IMG/VR virus record: IMGVR_UViG_3300031565_013700
DNA: 64,000 nucleotides
Reading direction: 5' to 3' (one strand)
Source of the DNA: an uncultured virus (IMG/VR IMGVR_UViG_3300031565_013700)
Taxonomy: Duplodnaviria > Heunggongvirae > Uroviricota > Caudoviricetes
Shown: piece after piece, positions 46,490-56,043 of the stretch
Position numbering within the stretch: the first letter of the stretch is position 1
Layout: the number at the start of each line of letters is the position of its first letter
Notes under the pieces: generated by a model
Database searches by the model: none
Told to the model about the DNA's origin: nothing
The model's input: only the letters and a program-made list of their open reading frames with translations
Program-made: the position numbers and the translations under genes

Positions 46490-46911
46490 ACCTTTTTTTC
46501 TAATGTTTCAATCCGTTTAGCCAACTGATTAACTGTTTCCTGCAGTTGGGTTTTCTCTTCTTGAAGCGCTTTTATCTGAATCCGCAATTTCTCCGGGGGT
46601 TTGGCTAGAGGCGCCGCAGTATTGTCAATGCCTACTTCTTCAAAGATTCTTCGAGGGCATATTGTGTATCCGCAATTTCGTCCTTCCCAGGCGCAATAAA
46701 TACCATTGGGTCCTTTAGCAGCAGCACAGTTTTTCTGCATAACGGCCCATAAGAGGAACTTCTTCATCCACAGAGGTTGGGCTCCAACTTCTTCTAGCAC
46801 GGGTTCACTTGCTACTTCCAAGTTTGGGTGCCTCCCACTGATTTCTATTCTCCCAATTACTTTCCCAAAGTTGATGTTCTTTATTACTAGAGAACAACAT
46901 AAGATTTTCAA
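46486..46911 (-). CDS. hypothetical protein, Cys motif and coiled-coil tail
   Basis: Start uncertain (overlaps HNH end). Confidence 0.5.
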   Translation of the reverse strand: MKILCCSLVIKNINFGKVIGRIEISGRHPNLEVASEPVLEEVGAQPLWMKKFLLWAVMQKNCAAAKGPNGIYCAWEGRNCGYTICPRRIFEEVGIDNTAAPLAKPPEKLRIQIKALQEEKTQLQETVNQLAKRIETLEKKV

Positions 46912-47215
46912 TTCTATTATCTGATTTATCTCCGTTAATATGGTGTGTTGATTCCTCAGGTTCGAGAAATCTATTGAGCTGTTTCTCTAACACCAATCTA
47001 TGCTCATACACATAACCACTACTGTTTTTTCTAGGATGGTCAGGAGACCAAATTAATATATAACCATCTTCTTGAATAAATTGTCCTCCATTCCATCCTG
47101 GAGGATGCGCGTTGATTCGATTATGCCCCATTATATATCGTCGTGCTCTATTTCTATTATCAAATTTCGGGAGAATGGTTCCGCATCCGCAGGCACATTC
47201 TATTAATTCGGTTAT
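46805..47215 (-). CDS. HNH endonuclease with CACGCG N-terminus, probable ATA start
   Basis: Frame extends upstream of track ATG to ITELIECACGCG, matching 24852..25265; YEHRLVLE...HHINGDKSDNRIENL. Confidence 0.8.
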   Translation of the reverse strand: MTELIECACGCGTILPKFDNRNRARRYIMGHNRINAHPPGWNGGQFIQEDGYILIWSPDHPRKNSSGYVYEHRLVLEKQLNRFLEPEESTHHINGDKSDNRIENLMLFSSNKEHQLWESNWENRNQWEAPKLGSSK

Positions 47216-47354
47216 AATTTCACTTCCCTCGATTTGTTGATGTGTCGCTCGATTGAAATCTTAGGTTTCTTAGTAGGAATAATTTCTGTGTAAGCCGTGT
47301 GGGATTTGATGTCATCCCGGGTTGTTACGCCGCTGTCTTTAGACTGTTCTTCAG

Positions 47355-50300
47355 TCATGACTGCCACAGCTTCCTTCCGCGTCTGGCGATCTTGCTCAAG
47401 TTTAGATTTGTTCTGTCTAAATTATTAAAGTCGTTTATCTCCCTGGGCTTAATCGAAGTTGTTGTGGGAGTCAAGGTCAGGATCTGTTCGAGCTGGACGG
47501 TTTCGAGAGCATAATCGACATTATCTATAATCATCGGTATATTCTGAAAGATGCCTCCGGAGGGATCAAGATATACGCGAACGCGGCAGCCAATCTCCTT
47601 CTCAGGATCGCCATCGATGGCGATCTTAACCCATTGTTTGGCCTGGGCATCCATATTCATCGCCTCTTCTGCTTTACCTTCCGCCTGGGACTGATATGAC
47701 AGCGCATCCAGGTCATAGATCCTGTACCGTTTAGGCCCTAAATCATAATCAGCCGAGTTTGTCTCCTGGTAATTTTTCTCGAAATGGAGTTGGCTTAGGC
47801 TCCAGCTCTTTCCGCCCAGAACATAGAGGACGGCGGCGCCGCTCAGATAGGAATTCAATAGAGGTTTATCTAAAAGTATATTCTCTGTGCCTGGTGTGCT
47901 TGGGGGATAAATCATGCGCATCCAGTTTTCTTCTCGGGTAGTTGCCGGACTTCCCACGATCCTGCATTGCACAGGTCTTGACAGGCTTCTTGTGGTAGTT
48001 ACTAGACCTGTAGGATAGCCCGCCAGGTTCTCGGGTGCCAAGACTTTCAGGAAAAATGTGCCGGAATTGGCATTTGCCTGTAAAGTTTTTCCTGGAGTGG
48101 CAGCATATCCGGGATCGGCTTCATTGATATCCAAGAAGAAAGATGCCCAATGTACATGAACCGGATCAGGATTTCCAGTGTACTGCCATCCTTTCATCTG
48201 GTTGGTGTCTGACAGATCGATATTTCCATCGATGTCCGGCTCGGGCAACAGAAGATCTATCTCATGCCATTCTCGATCATTTATCGTGTCCGCTTTTGAG
48301 TGCCCCAACGTCTCTTGGGTGCCTGCACCAAATTTGAAGAAGAAATGATTATTCAGATTAATTTCACCGGTTATTTTATTGGCTGTGTGAAGTTCAATTG
48401 TATAAGTGTTTGATGCTGCCGGATCTCTTGTCGCATGTCGCCAGCGGAATTTGATTTTTCGGTAAACCCGAAGATCCACGTCAAGTCGAGTGCCACTGAC
48501 GCTCGTTGTGCCAGATTCAATAAGCCAGAAACCTAAATGTATCTGAAATTGGGGCTGGGAAGGATAGCCATACGGTGGTTGGTATTGGAAATTCAGTGCT
48601 GGAAAGCCCTGATCGTCGATTATCAAAGTTGAATCTGTATATGCCTTTTTGTATGAATTGGGCGGATAAGGCTGCAAAATGGGATCGTAAGTTCGTATGC
48701 CCCAATCGCTTATCTCGTTCCAGAGCCCGCTAACCATCCATGCTGTGACTGGATCGGGTTTTGTCGTCGGAAGGCCATCTTTTATGATTGGATCCGTTAC
48801 GATATCATCGGTGTCCCCCATGACCATTTCAAGGATCTCGCGGATATTGGTCGTATAACGGATATGTTCATTTGTCGGAAGCGGGGGATCGCTTTTGGAA
48901 TAAAATAATATTTGCTTCAGGTGATTTATTTTCCATTCATAGACCTGTTCTTCACACGCTTCCTGCATAATGTCGAAGGGCTTATCTTCCACAAATTCCC
49001 TCTGCCACAGAACAGCCCCTGTGCCTGAAAGTTCCGAAACTGAGGCACTTATCTTATCATATCCCTGAATATATTGAATTCCCGTATTCCATGGCTCTAA
49101 CGGATATTCTGGGTTTAGCGGATTGTTATAGGCCTGGATTGAAAGTTGCGGAGGTGCACTTGTCAGACCAGTCACCTGAAGAAGCTCTCCTATTGGATTT
49201 TCGGTGTCCCAGATCTTCACAATATCCCCGATGTCGAATAAGGTTTCATCTAGGACTTCAAGGACAGTGTCGCTATAACTTGCATTTATTCTCAGGGCGG
49301 TTGTGGCCACCCCATCAAAATAGACCGGGTGAGGTGTGAATCTATATTCTTCATCTTGCTGGGTATTAACGTCGTTTAAGACGTCGGTGACGATCACATC
49401 CAGACTTGTGGGAGTTTCATAGTTTCTGGGAATGATATCTGTACCAAATCTCTGATCCTTCCAGACATCCATGTAATCTTTGCCCATGATGTGAGCGGTT
49501 ACTCTCTTCCTCCGACTACGTGAATGATATCGTTTGGTGATATAACCTCCCATAATCCACTTGCGACCCGAACCTTTTCCGTCGCTGCCCCCTGACGGGT
49601 TCCAGGCATCATTTTGTGGATCGTAGCGTTTATTGACAGAGCCTCTCTGAAGACCGAGCCAGTATTCATCCTGATCTAATATGAAGGGTTTGTTTGGCCC
49701 GAATAGATAGTAGTCATGCTGAAGTATGCCCTCATTATCCTTCTGATTGTCGTTAAGTTCACCATAGAAGCTGCCGCTCTTGTTCGTGAGTCCAGGCTTT
49801 GGAATGGCAGAATCTAAGAGATAATAAATCGGCCCTCCTCTTATTGCATTAGGATCAATGCAGAGTATCCAACCATAGCAGTCGGTTTCAGCTTCTTCGG
49901 GTTGCGGATACTTAAAACCCCATATTTTCAATTCTTTACCTGACGCAGAACCCACATGTGAGGCAAGATAGAGCTGACTCTCGAGGTACATCAGTTTAAT
50001 AGAGTATTCATCGGGGTCCGCGAATAACCAAGGAACTGAGAATTTACCGGTGGAATCTGTAACAACGGAACTCTGAGTTACTCCATCTACCTGAAAATAG
50101 ATCGTCTGGCCCGAGATCCCATATCCCTGATACATATAATCCGGGACATCGTTGAGCAGATAACCATGGAAGACAGCATATTGATCTTCAGGAAAATCAG
50201 AGGGTATTGCCGTCTGTATTTTGCTGGGCATCTGGGATAGCTTGAAATTGAAGGTTCCTGAACTGGGATCATAAGTTCCATCGCCGGCGAAGTTGGCTGT

Positions 50301-50549
50301 CAGAATATAAGCTCCTGGAGCTACAGGAGGGTCAAGTGTCTGATTACTGAGTTCATATTTGCCGTTAGAATCTGTTACGACTGAACCCAGGGATGTGCCA
50401 TCATAAACAAGCGTGATAGTTTTGCCAGGGACTCCGAAACCTCCAGCCCAGAGATACCCATAAATGGAAAAAGGGACTGTCAAATAAGTTTGTATATCTA
50501 TTATATTGTTTCTCGTCATGTAGACGACGAGAGTTGTCGGAGTAGGCAT
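47355..50549 (-). CDS. large tail/baseplate-hub-like protein with N-terminal Ig-like domains
   Basis: Follows tape measure; TDSNG.Y/F repeats, GKDYMD, C-terminal G..V.V...I..V.Y pattern. Confidence 0.7.
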   Translation of the reverse strand: MPTPTTLVVYMTRNNIIDIQTYLTVPFSIYGYLWAGGFGVPGKTITLVYDGTSLGSVVTDSNGKYELSNQTLDPPVAPGAYILTANFAGDGTYDPSSGTFNFKLSQMPSKIQTAIPSDFPEDQYAVFHGYLLNDVPDYMYQGYGISGQTIYFQVDGVTQSSVVTDSTGKFSVPWLFADPDEYSIKLMYLESQLYLASHVGSASGKELKIWGFKYPQPEEAETDCYGWILCIDPNAIRGGPIYYLLDSAIPKPGLTNKSGSFYGELNDNQKDNEGILQHDYYLFGPNKPFILDQDEYWLGLQRGSVNKRYDPQNDAWNPSGGSDGKGSGRKWIMGGYITKRYHSRSRRKRVTAHIMGKDYMDVWKDQRFGTDIIPRNYETPTSLDVIVTDVLNDVNTQQDEEYRFTPHPVYFDGVATTALRINASYSDTVLEVLDETLFDIGDIVKIWDTENPIGELLQVTGLTSAPPQLSIQAYNNPLNPEYPLEPWNTGIQYIQGYDKISASVSELSGTGAVLWQREFVEDKPFDIMQEACEEQVYEWKINHLKQILFYSKSDPPLPTNEHIRYTTNIREILEMVMGDTDDIVTDPIIKDGLPTTKPDPVTAWMVSGLWNEISDWGIRTYDPILQPYPPNSYKKAYTDSTLIIDDQGFPALNFQYQPPYGYPSQPQFQIHLGFWLIESGTTSVSGTRLDVDLRVYRKIKFRWRHATRDPAASNTYTIELHTANKITGEINLNNHFFFKFGAGTQETLGHSKADTINDREWHEIDLLLPEPDIDGNIDLSDTNQMKGWQYTGNPDPVHVHWASFFLDINEADPGYAATPGKTLQANANSGTFFLKVLAPENLAGYPTGLVTTTRSLSRPVQCRIVGSPATTREENWMRMIYPPSTPGTENILLDKPLLNSYLSGAAVLYVLGGKSWSLSQLHFEKNYQETNSADYDLGPKRYRIYDLDALSYQSQAEGKAEEAMNMDAQAKQWVKIAIDGDPEKEIGCRVRVYLDPSGGIFQNIPMIIDNVDYALETVQLEQILTLTPTTTSIKPREINDFNNLDRTNLNLSKIARRGRKLWQS

Positions 50550-50553
50550 GGTC

Positions 50554-51636
50554 TCACCTCAAACCCTGGCTTGTGCGCGAGCGCCGCATATATTCCAGTT
50601 CTTGTTTCATCTGTGCTGAACCTGCCATAAGAGCCTCTTCAACACCTTCGGATCCATAAATATTTGCGCCTGCCAAACTGACAGTCAGATTAATCTCGCC
50701 ACCACCTAATCCTCCACCAGCTCCGGCTGGTGTAGCTTCGCCGCCTAATCCGAGAAAATCCATGATGGGACTGCCAATCTGATGTGGCAATTGTTTGAAA
50801 GCCTCCGTCCTCGTTTCTTCTATGGCTTTTTTCAGCTGCTCCTGTTGATATTTGTCTTTTTCAGCAGTTCCCGTAAGTATTATTTCGCTTAATGCAAGAT
50901 CCTGAGTTGCGGATCTGTTCAGGACTTTCTGGATTGACAAAGCTTCCATTGCTTTGTCATACTGAGCTTGGGTAATAAGGCCAGTCTTAAGCTGGGCATC
51001 CAGGTCTGCTTCCGCTTTGGCTAAGGCAGCACTCGTAATACTGAGTGAAGATTGTTCTATCCGAACAGCCTTTATTGCATCCTCGACCGCTACGAGATCC
51101 TCCTCGAGTGATTTGAGCTGGTTGCGATAGGCCTCTATGCCGGTCACTCTTTCAAAGGCAAGATTAAGAACATAAACGGCGGCCGCAACTGCAAGAATCG
51201 CTGCGATATATGGTGCAAGCATCCAGAGCGTAGCGGCGAGCTGTGCCCCAATGGCGCCCAGAGCGGTTCCAAAGGCGATAGTTGCTCCCGAAGCTGTTGT
51301 CGTCAACCTCGTATAGATGTTAAAAGCAGAGATTATGCCTGTGATGGAACTTGCTGTGATTACCGCAGCACTTGTAATTGTGGCCATCGCTCCTTCTGAT
51401 ATGCCGAGCTCACGGGCAACAGTTCTAATCGAGGTCGACAGTAACCTAAAATCCAGGGCTAATCGCCTGAGTGACATAGCCATCTGGGCTGACATCTGCC
51501 CCGCGGTGCTCACGGAAACCTGATACTGGTTGATGGCGCCGATGTTCTGCTCTATTACAGACGTGGCCCCAGGCCCGGTTTGGACAGTATTAAAGAAGAA
51601 GTCGATGTAAGCGCCAAACCTGGTATTTGAACTCAC
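50554..51636 (-). CDS. short tape measure protein
   Basis: Ala/Gly-rich hydrophobic helices and coiled coil; directly after chaperone. Confidence 0.7.
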   Translation of the reverse strand: MSSNTRFGAYIDFFFNTVQTGPGATSVIEQNIGAINQYQVSVSTAGQMSAQMAMSLRRLALDFRLLSTSIRTVARELGISEGAMATITSAAVITASSITGIISAFNIYTRLTTTASGATIAFGTALGAIGAQLAATLWMLAPYIAAILAVAAAVYVLNLAFERVTGIEAYRNQLKSLEEDLVAVEDAIKAVRIEQSSLSITSAALAKAEADLDAQLKTGLITQAQYDKAMEALSIQKVLNRSATQDLALSEIILTGTAEKDKYQQEQLKKAIEETRTEAFKQLPHQIGSPIMDFLGLGGEATPAGAGGGLGGGEINLTVSLAGANIYGSEGVEEALMAGSAQMKQELEYMRRSRTSQGLR

Positions 51637-51806
51637 TTATCCTTCCTCCTCAATTCATCTCCTACGATCATCAATATCTCTAACCACTTCGGGTCCTGCT
51701 CCCAGACCGGTTTCGTCGGCTCGGGAAAGCTCGCGAGATTTGTACACGCCCAATATATTGTCAGCCAAGGGTGAGCTTTTCCAAGCCTGGCTGCTCGGAA
51801 AAATCC
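51633..51806 (-). other. -1 programmed frameshift extension (GT-like) of tail chaperone
   Basis: -1 frame after GGATTTTT reads FRAARLGKAHPWLTIYW...VWEQDPKWLEILMIVGDELRRKDK and stops in a GTGA overlap with the tape-measure start. Confidence 0.75.
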
Positions 51807-52135
51807 GCTTTCTCTTTCCCCGTGACACCGGTGACCTTCTGCAGCTCATCGAAGAGCAGATCACCTATATCCGAATCGAGTTGATCTCTTATGGTTTCAT
51901 AGGTCAGGGGTAGAGGTGACTCGGCTAGGCATGCTAAGAGTGAGTGTGTGTTGAAGTCAGGAAGGCTAACTTGTGTAATTCCTCTGACAGAATCTATAAT
52001 AGTGGTAGATTTCTGGATGGCCATCTGTTTTTTGTACCAGGTCCAACGCACCAGTTTATAAATACCCAGCTGTTCCTTTGGTGCTAGGGGCGCCATTGCC
52101 TCAGTGATTTCGATTGTGCTCTCCTTCTCCATCAT
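51761..52135 (-). CDS. tail assembly chaperone (G-like)
   Basis: Between tube and tape measure; slippery GGATTTTT near 3' end. Confidence 0.7.
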   Translation of the reverse strand: MMEKESTIEITEAMAPLAPKEQLGIYKLVRWTWYKKQMAIQKSTTIIDSVRGITQVSLPDFNTHSLLACLAESPLPLTYETIRDQLDSDIGDLLFDELQKVTGVTGKEKADFSEQPGLEKLTLG

Positions 52136-52144
52136 GGATGATCA

Positions 52145-52936
52145 CTATGATATATCCAACAGTGTGAAGGGAAAACGTTTTGCGATCAGATCCTCTGGAC
52201 CATGTGGAGCTTCTATCCCCCCCCATCTTCCATCGGAATTGATGAGAATGCTTCCGGCAAGCGTTATGGTGATACTTGTATCTGCCTGTTCTGAGGCCGT
52301 ATTCATCATACCGATGAACTCAGACCAGCTCCTCAGGTCTTTGACCAGCGATCCTGTTACGGCCCTATGTTTGGCGACGATTTCCCGAGTGGCGCCTGAA
52401 AGGACGTTGCCTAACCGTTGAAGATTATTATTGATTTCGTAACGCCATTCCCACCATTGCGTCTCGGTTACTCCACCGATAGCTAATAGAGTGTCAAGCC
52501 AGCGATAGAAAGTCACCGAAGGATTCCCCCAGGTTTGTATGGCCAAAGACTCACCGGATTCCGCCCAGAGTTCAAGTGTGGCCGTCAAACCTTCATTATG
52601 CCTACAGATGACGCTACACCGATTAACGTAGACATTAGTGAGTGTGATGCCTATTGACCCAGTCTTAATATGAAGGAATGGCATAGCCGTCTGGCCGTTC
52701 TGATAAGTAGTCAGAAGGGTCTTGTCATTCAGCAAAATATCAAGCGTCAATCGAGGCTCTATCATGCCGAGGAGGATATTATAAAGTCCTCTCCGCCCGG
52801 TTCCTCTCGCTTCTATATTATTCGGTTCAACGATCGGGGTAATTCTGGTTGTGATGCCTACATGATTGGCGGCAGTGGAACCTCCTTTTACAGCGCTCTG
52901 GTATACATTGGCTTGAAACCCGCCTTGGATCGACAT
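52145..52936 (-). CDS. major tail tube protein
   Basis: 263 aa beta-rich; EINNNL, AVTGSL motifs; gene position. Confidence 0.7.
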   Translation of the reverse strand: MSIQGGFQANVYQSAVKGGSTAANHVGITTRITPIVEPNNIEARGTGRRGLYNILLGMIEPRLTLDILLNDKTLLTTYQNGQTAMPFLHIKTGSIGITLTNVYVNRCSVICRHNEGLTATLELWAESGESLAIQTWGNPSVTFYRWLDTLLAIGGVTETQWWEWRYEINNNLQRLGNVLSGATREIVAKHRAVTGSLVKDLRSWSEFIGMMNTASEQADTSITITLAGSILINSDGRWGGIEAPHGPEDLIAKRFPFTLLDIS

Positions 52937-52984
52937 TTAACTGTTTCTCCCTATGAAACCATTTCGCTGTAGACTTAAAACAGT

Positions 52985-53422
52985 TTAGGAAGGGAGAGGA
53001 TAGAATTGGGTAAAGTGGCAGATATGTTGAATCAGCACTCCCACCGTTAAGATATCACCCATATTCATGTATCCTGGATGAAACAGAGCGGGGAGTGCCC
53101 ACATGCAAGTTCCACCATGTGTGACGTCTTCCATGAGTTTGTCGTAAGCCTGGTGGCCAACTTTCCTCAATTCGGCCTGAGTTGAATTTTCGGCGGAATT
53201 GAATATGATGATGTTTATTTCTAAATAATGTCGGAGCATGTGCATGCCGGCGCTCTCTATTCTGTCTCGTCCAGGTATAACCCATGCTTCTAATTTGCCC
53301 TCCTCGTAGAGATCTTCTCCTTCAGAAATTTTATCGAAAATTTCCAAGGCTTCGAGCTCTTGTTTGTAGGCTTCTATGAGGGGTTCATAGAGAGTTTCGA
53401 GATTGATGTAAGGATCACTCAT
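52985..53422 (-). CDS. tail terminator-like protein
   Basis: Size and position; LMEDVTHGG. Confidence 0.55.
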   Translation of the reverse strand: MSDPYINLETLYEPLIEAYKQELEALEIFDKISEGEDLYEEGKLEAWVIPGRDRIESAGMHMLRHYLEINIIIFNSAENSTQAELRKVGHQAYDKLMEDVTHGGTCMWALPALFHPGYMNMGDILTVGVLIQHICHFTQFYPLPS

Positions 53423-53946
53423 GGTATGGGCGGCGCTCCTTTGCCTTTGTTAATCGCATTGGTCCATCCCTTATTTAGATACTTGCCGGCGATACGATCA
53501 AGATTATTCTCTATTGCTGCCACTGCATCCTCCAGAAAAGGATGGGACGGTCGGGGTCCTCGGTTGCCTATGAAAGTCCAGATGAATTTTGGTTGATAGC
53601 CGGCCCATTTTAAAGAAGAAGGCCAAATCTGCACATTTTTATTCTGTACCGCATCACCCGCGCCTCTTGATACGTGCTCGGCATAATCTATATCACTGCC
53701 TATCACTACCTGGTGATGTTCGTCATTGATTTCGTTGATTAGACCGTGAAGATCTTTCTCGAGGTGTCCTGTAGAATAAATGCCCACTGAGCCTCTGAGG
53801 CTGGCTTTACCGGCTTCCACCCCCATGTCCTTAAGCTCCATGACGATCAGAGGGAAGGCAAAAAGGGGAATGGTATCTGAGGCACTGATGAATTCCTTGA
53901 TCTGAGTAAGGCCCCGAGTTTTGACTTCTATCCGCCCTTCTGCCAT
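53419..53946 (-). CDS. HK97 gp10-like neck/tail completion protein
   Basis: STGHL, IGSDIDYAEHV..G, GPRPSHPFLEDA. Confidence 0.7.
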   Translation of the reverse strand: MAEGRIEVKTRGLTQIKEFISASDTIPLFAFPLIVMELKDMGVEAGKASLRGSVGIYSTGHLEKDLHGLINEINDEHHQVVIGSDIDYAEHVSRGAGDAVQNKNVQIWPSSLKWAGYQPKFIWTFIGNRGPRPSHPFLEDAVAAIENNLDRIAGKYLNKGWTNAINKGKGAPPIP

Positions 53947-55259
53947 TAACTGACCCTCTGATTAAGCCAATCGTGCCATTCTTTGTCTTCATCAGATGCG
54001 GTGGCTCCATATTGTGAAGTGGGGATGTCGGCCATGCTGAAGATTGGTTCCTCATCCGCTGTGCTGACCCAGAGCCTGCTAGATCCACGTGAAGTGAGAT
54101 AATTAGATAGGGCCGTCTGCATCTTTTCTTCCCAGAAATTCATGGCCCTTTCCTCGTCGCCTATCGTAGTTATGGTGACAGGAGCGGCCGAGGTTATCAC
54201 GCGGCTTTTGAAAGTCCTGCTATGTCTCGCATAGAGAGCAGCAACCGTGCCATATGTTGTCGCCCTCCTAATGAGAACAGGGACCCGGTTTATATCTGTC
54301 CAACTATCATAGCTTTCCTGATTAACATCCAAATATCCCTGGATATCTTCCATGACTCCTTGCACAACATCTTCAAAGGTCGCATCTCCTATGAGGTCTT
54401 CAGAAGCGGAAACCACCCCATTCAAGTATCGCCGGGTAGTCCAGAGCCAATACGGGTGCCGAATATAGAAATCACAGTGAAGATCTTTCGTTGAGGAATG
54501 TCTGACAATTAAGGTGGCTTTTAAGTCCACGTTAGGCATCGCATAGAATTGGGCAAATAGATCTAGTGGGATTCCCATATGCCGGATTATTATCAGACCT
54601 TTGAGGTCTGCTGCAGCACTGTGCCTTACGATAAATATCCCTTTCAGGTCGGTTGAAGCGGAGTGCCTAATCACGGTCGTCGCAAAAAGATCTATAGAAT
54701 CGGAGTGCCGGACGATGAGAGTTCCTTTGAAGTCGACGAAACCACTCTGCCTGATTATTCCCTCGGCTAAGAGATCTGCTGAACCAATTCGGGTTACAAC
54801 GAATTCCGCCTTAACATCTTCCCAGCCTTCAACGAAAAATATTTTGACTTTGAATTTGTTGAACAGATTTTTCGTCGCTGAGTGCCGAATGATCAGAGTT
54901 GCTTTCAGATTTTTGGTGGCTTGTGTGGTGAATTTCGCGTAAAGGTCTTTCGAAGAATCAGCTCCGCGGAAGAAAGTTGCGCGAAGATCTCGAGGTTTCC
55001 CCGAAAATAGTATGGCTGCCTTGAAATGAGCGTAGAGGTTCTTGGTAGCCGAATGCCTCACGACGAAATCGCAATACAGATCTTTAGTAGCTGGGTGTCT
55101 TACGGCGAAGTCAGAATGCAAACTCTTGGTGGTTGAATGCCTTACGATGAAAAAAGCGGGCAATTCTTGATTTCCCTGGCCTACCTCAAACCGAGCCAGA
55201 AGATTAGAAGATCCTTGGCCTACCTCAAACCGAGCTAGAAGATCCTTTGTTCCGCTCAT
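53946..55259 (-). CDS. head-tail adaptor-like domain fused to ~19 N-terminal DLxAxFxVRH repeats
   Basis: C-terminal helical domain with VPVLIRRATTYGTVAALY; first ~270 aa repetitive. Confidence 0.65.
   Translation of the reverse strand: MSGTKDLLARFEVGQGSSNLLARFEVGQGNQELPAFFIVRHSTTKSLHSDFAVRHPATKDLYCDFVVRHSATKNLYAHFKAAILFSGKPRDLRATFFRGADSSKDLYAKFTTQATKNLKATLIIRHSATKNLFNKFKVKIFFVEGWEDVKAEFVVTRIGSADLLAEGIIRQSGFVDFKGTLIVRHSDSIDLFATTVIRHSASTDLKGIFIVRHSAAADLKGLIIIRHMGIPLDLFAQFYAMPNVDLKATLIVRHSSTKDLHCDFYIRHPYWLWTTRRYLNGVVSASEDLIGDATFEDVVQGVMEDIQGYLDVNQESYDSWTDINRVPVLIRRATTYGTVAALYARHSRTFKSRVITSAAPVTITTIGDEERAMNFWEEKMQTALSNYLTSRGSSRLWVSTADEEPIFSMADIPTSQYGATASDEDKEWHDWLNQRVS
55176..55243. repeat. 39-nt-period tandem duplication in adaptor N-terminus
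   Basis: TGGCCTACCTCAAACCGAGC(C/T)AGAAGAT twice (LLARFEVGQG x2). Confidence 0.8.
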
Positions 55260-55696
55260 TCTTCCACCTTCACATTGGGAGCTATAGTCGCGGGATCGCG
55301 ATTGATATAGGGGCGTCTAGCATCCTTGATAATGAAGGGAAACTTGCTACTATTCCAGCCCTCGAGCGGAGTATACCACTCGAATTCAGCAATCCAATCC
55401 CCCAAAGTCATCGATGTGGAGATCTTAATGTCGGCGCCCCAGTATCCAGTCGTCCCGGTCTTTTTGCAGGGATATTTCTGTGAAGGAGAATCGTAGGAAT
55501 AACTGCCTTCTTTGAATAGGGTGACGTTGCACTCATTTGGATCTTGGGGGTTACCGCTGAGATCTGTGATGTAAACTTCGAAACGTCTCTTTGTCCCTCG
55601 GTCGATTTTTTCCTTCACAGGCAATGCTATCAATGAAATAATTGTTTCGAGATATAAAACAGTTATAATGAGATTCAGAGTAATAAGAATTAGCAA
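55256..55696 (-). CDS. small Ig/BppU-like virion protein (true start probably near 55625)
   Basis: RG...F.V.ITD.SG.P.DP, TGYW, GDW. Confidence 0.55.
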   Translation of the reverse strand: MLILITLNLIITVLYLETIISLIALPVKEKIDRGTKRRFEVYITDLSGNPQDPNECNVTLFKEGSYSYDSPSQKYPCKKTGTTGYWGADIKISTSMTLGDWIAEFEWYTPLEGWNSSKFPFIIKDARRPYINRDPATIAPNVKVEE

Positions 55697-55705
55697 CTAT
55701 CCGAG
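55630..55705. promoter_or_regulatory. divergent promoter region between tail operon and fibre genes
   Basis: AT-rich, TATAAAA/TTATAA boxes at the strand switch. Confidence 0.5.
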
Positions 55706-55716
55706 GCTTGGCGAAG

Positions 55717-56043
55717 ATGTCGGCTACAATTGATCTAACGGGCGAATTCGTGATCAGGCACGCGGCGAGCTCTGATCTTCTCGTCGAAGCAATTATCAGG
55801 CATTCCACATCAGTAAATCTCCATGGTTTTTTCTATGTGGGCCAGGGCTCAAAACAGTTATTATCGATCTTCATTGTAAGGCATGCAGCATCTCTCGATT
55901 TATCTGCGAAATTCATTCCAAGACGCTCGGCCGAGAGAGATCTTCGTGTGTTCTTCCACGTTGGACAGAATTCGGAGCTATTGAAAGCCCTTGCTTTACT
56001 TAATGGCATCGGCTGCATTGTGAAGGGGGCGTATGTATTTTGA
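55717..56043 (+). CDS. repeat-only small protein or N-terminal fragment of next gene
   Basis: ~6 DLxxxFxxRH repeats; TTGA overlap with next ORF. Confidence 0.55.
   Translation: MSATIDLTGEFVIRHAASSDLLVEAIIRHSTSVNLHGFFYVGQGSKQLLSIFIVRHAASLDLSAKFIPRRSAERDLRVFFHVGQNSELLKALALLNGIGCIVKGAYVF

Noticed and set aside
46801..47280. HNH-containing intron splitting one gene (KISIERHIN versus EISGRHPN similarity)
   Set aside because: Similarity is short and I could not identify a bulge-helix-bulge or group I core.
51655..51864. ORF-track 69 aa protein as chaperone extension
   Set aside because: Wrong frame; the -1 frame ending at 51633 has the slippery site and the stop/start overlap.
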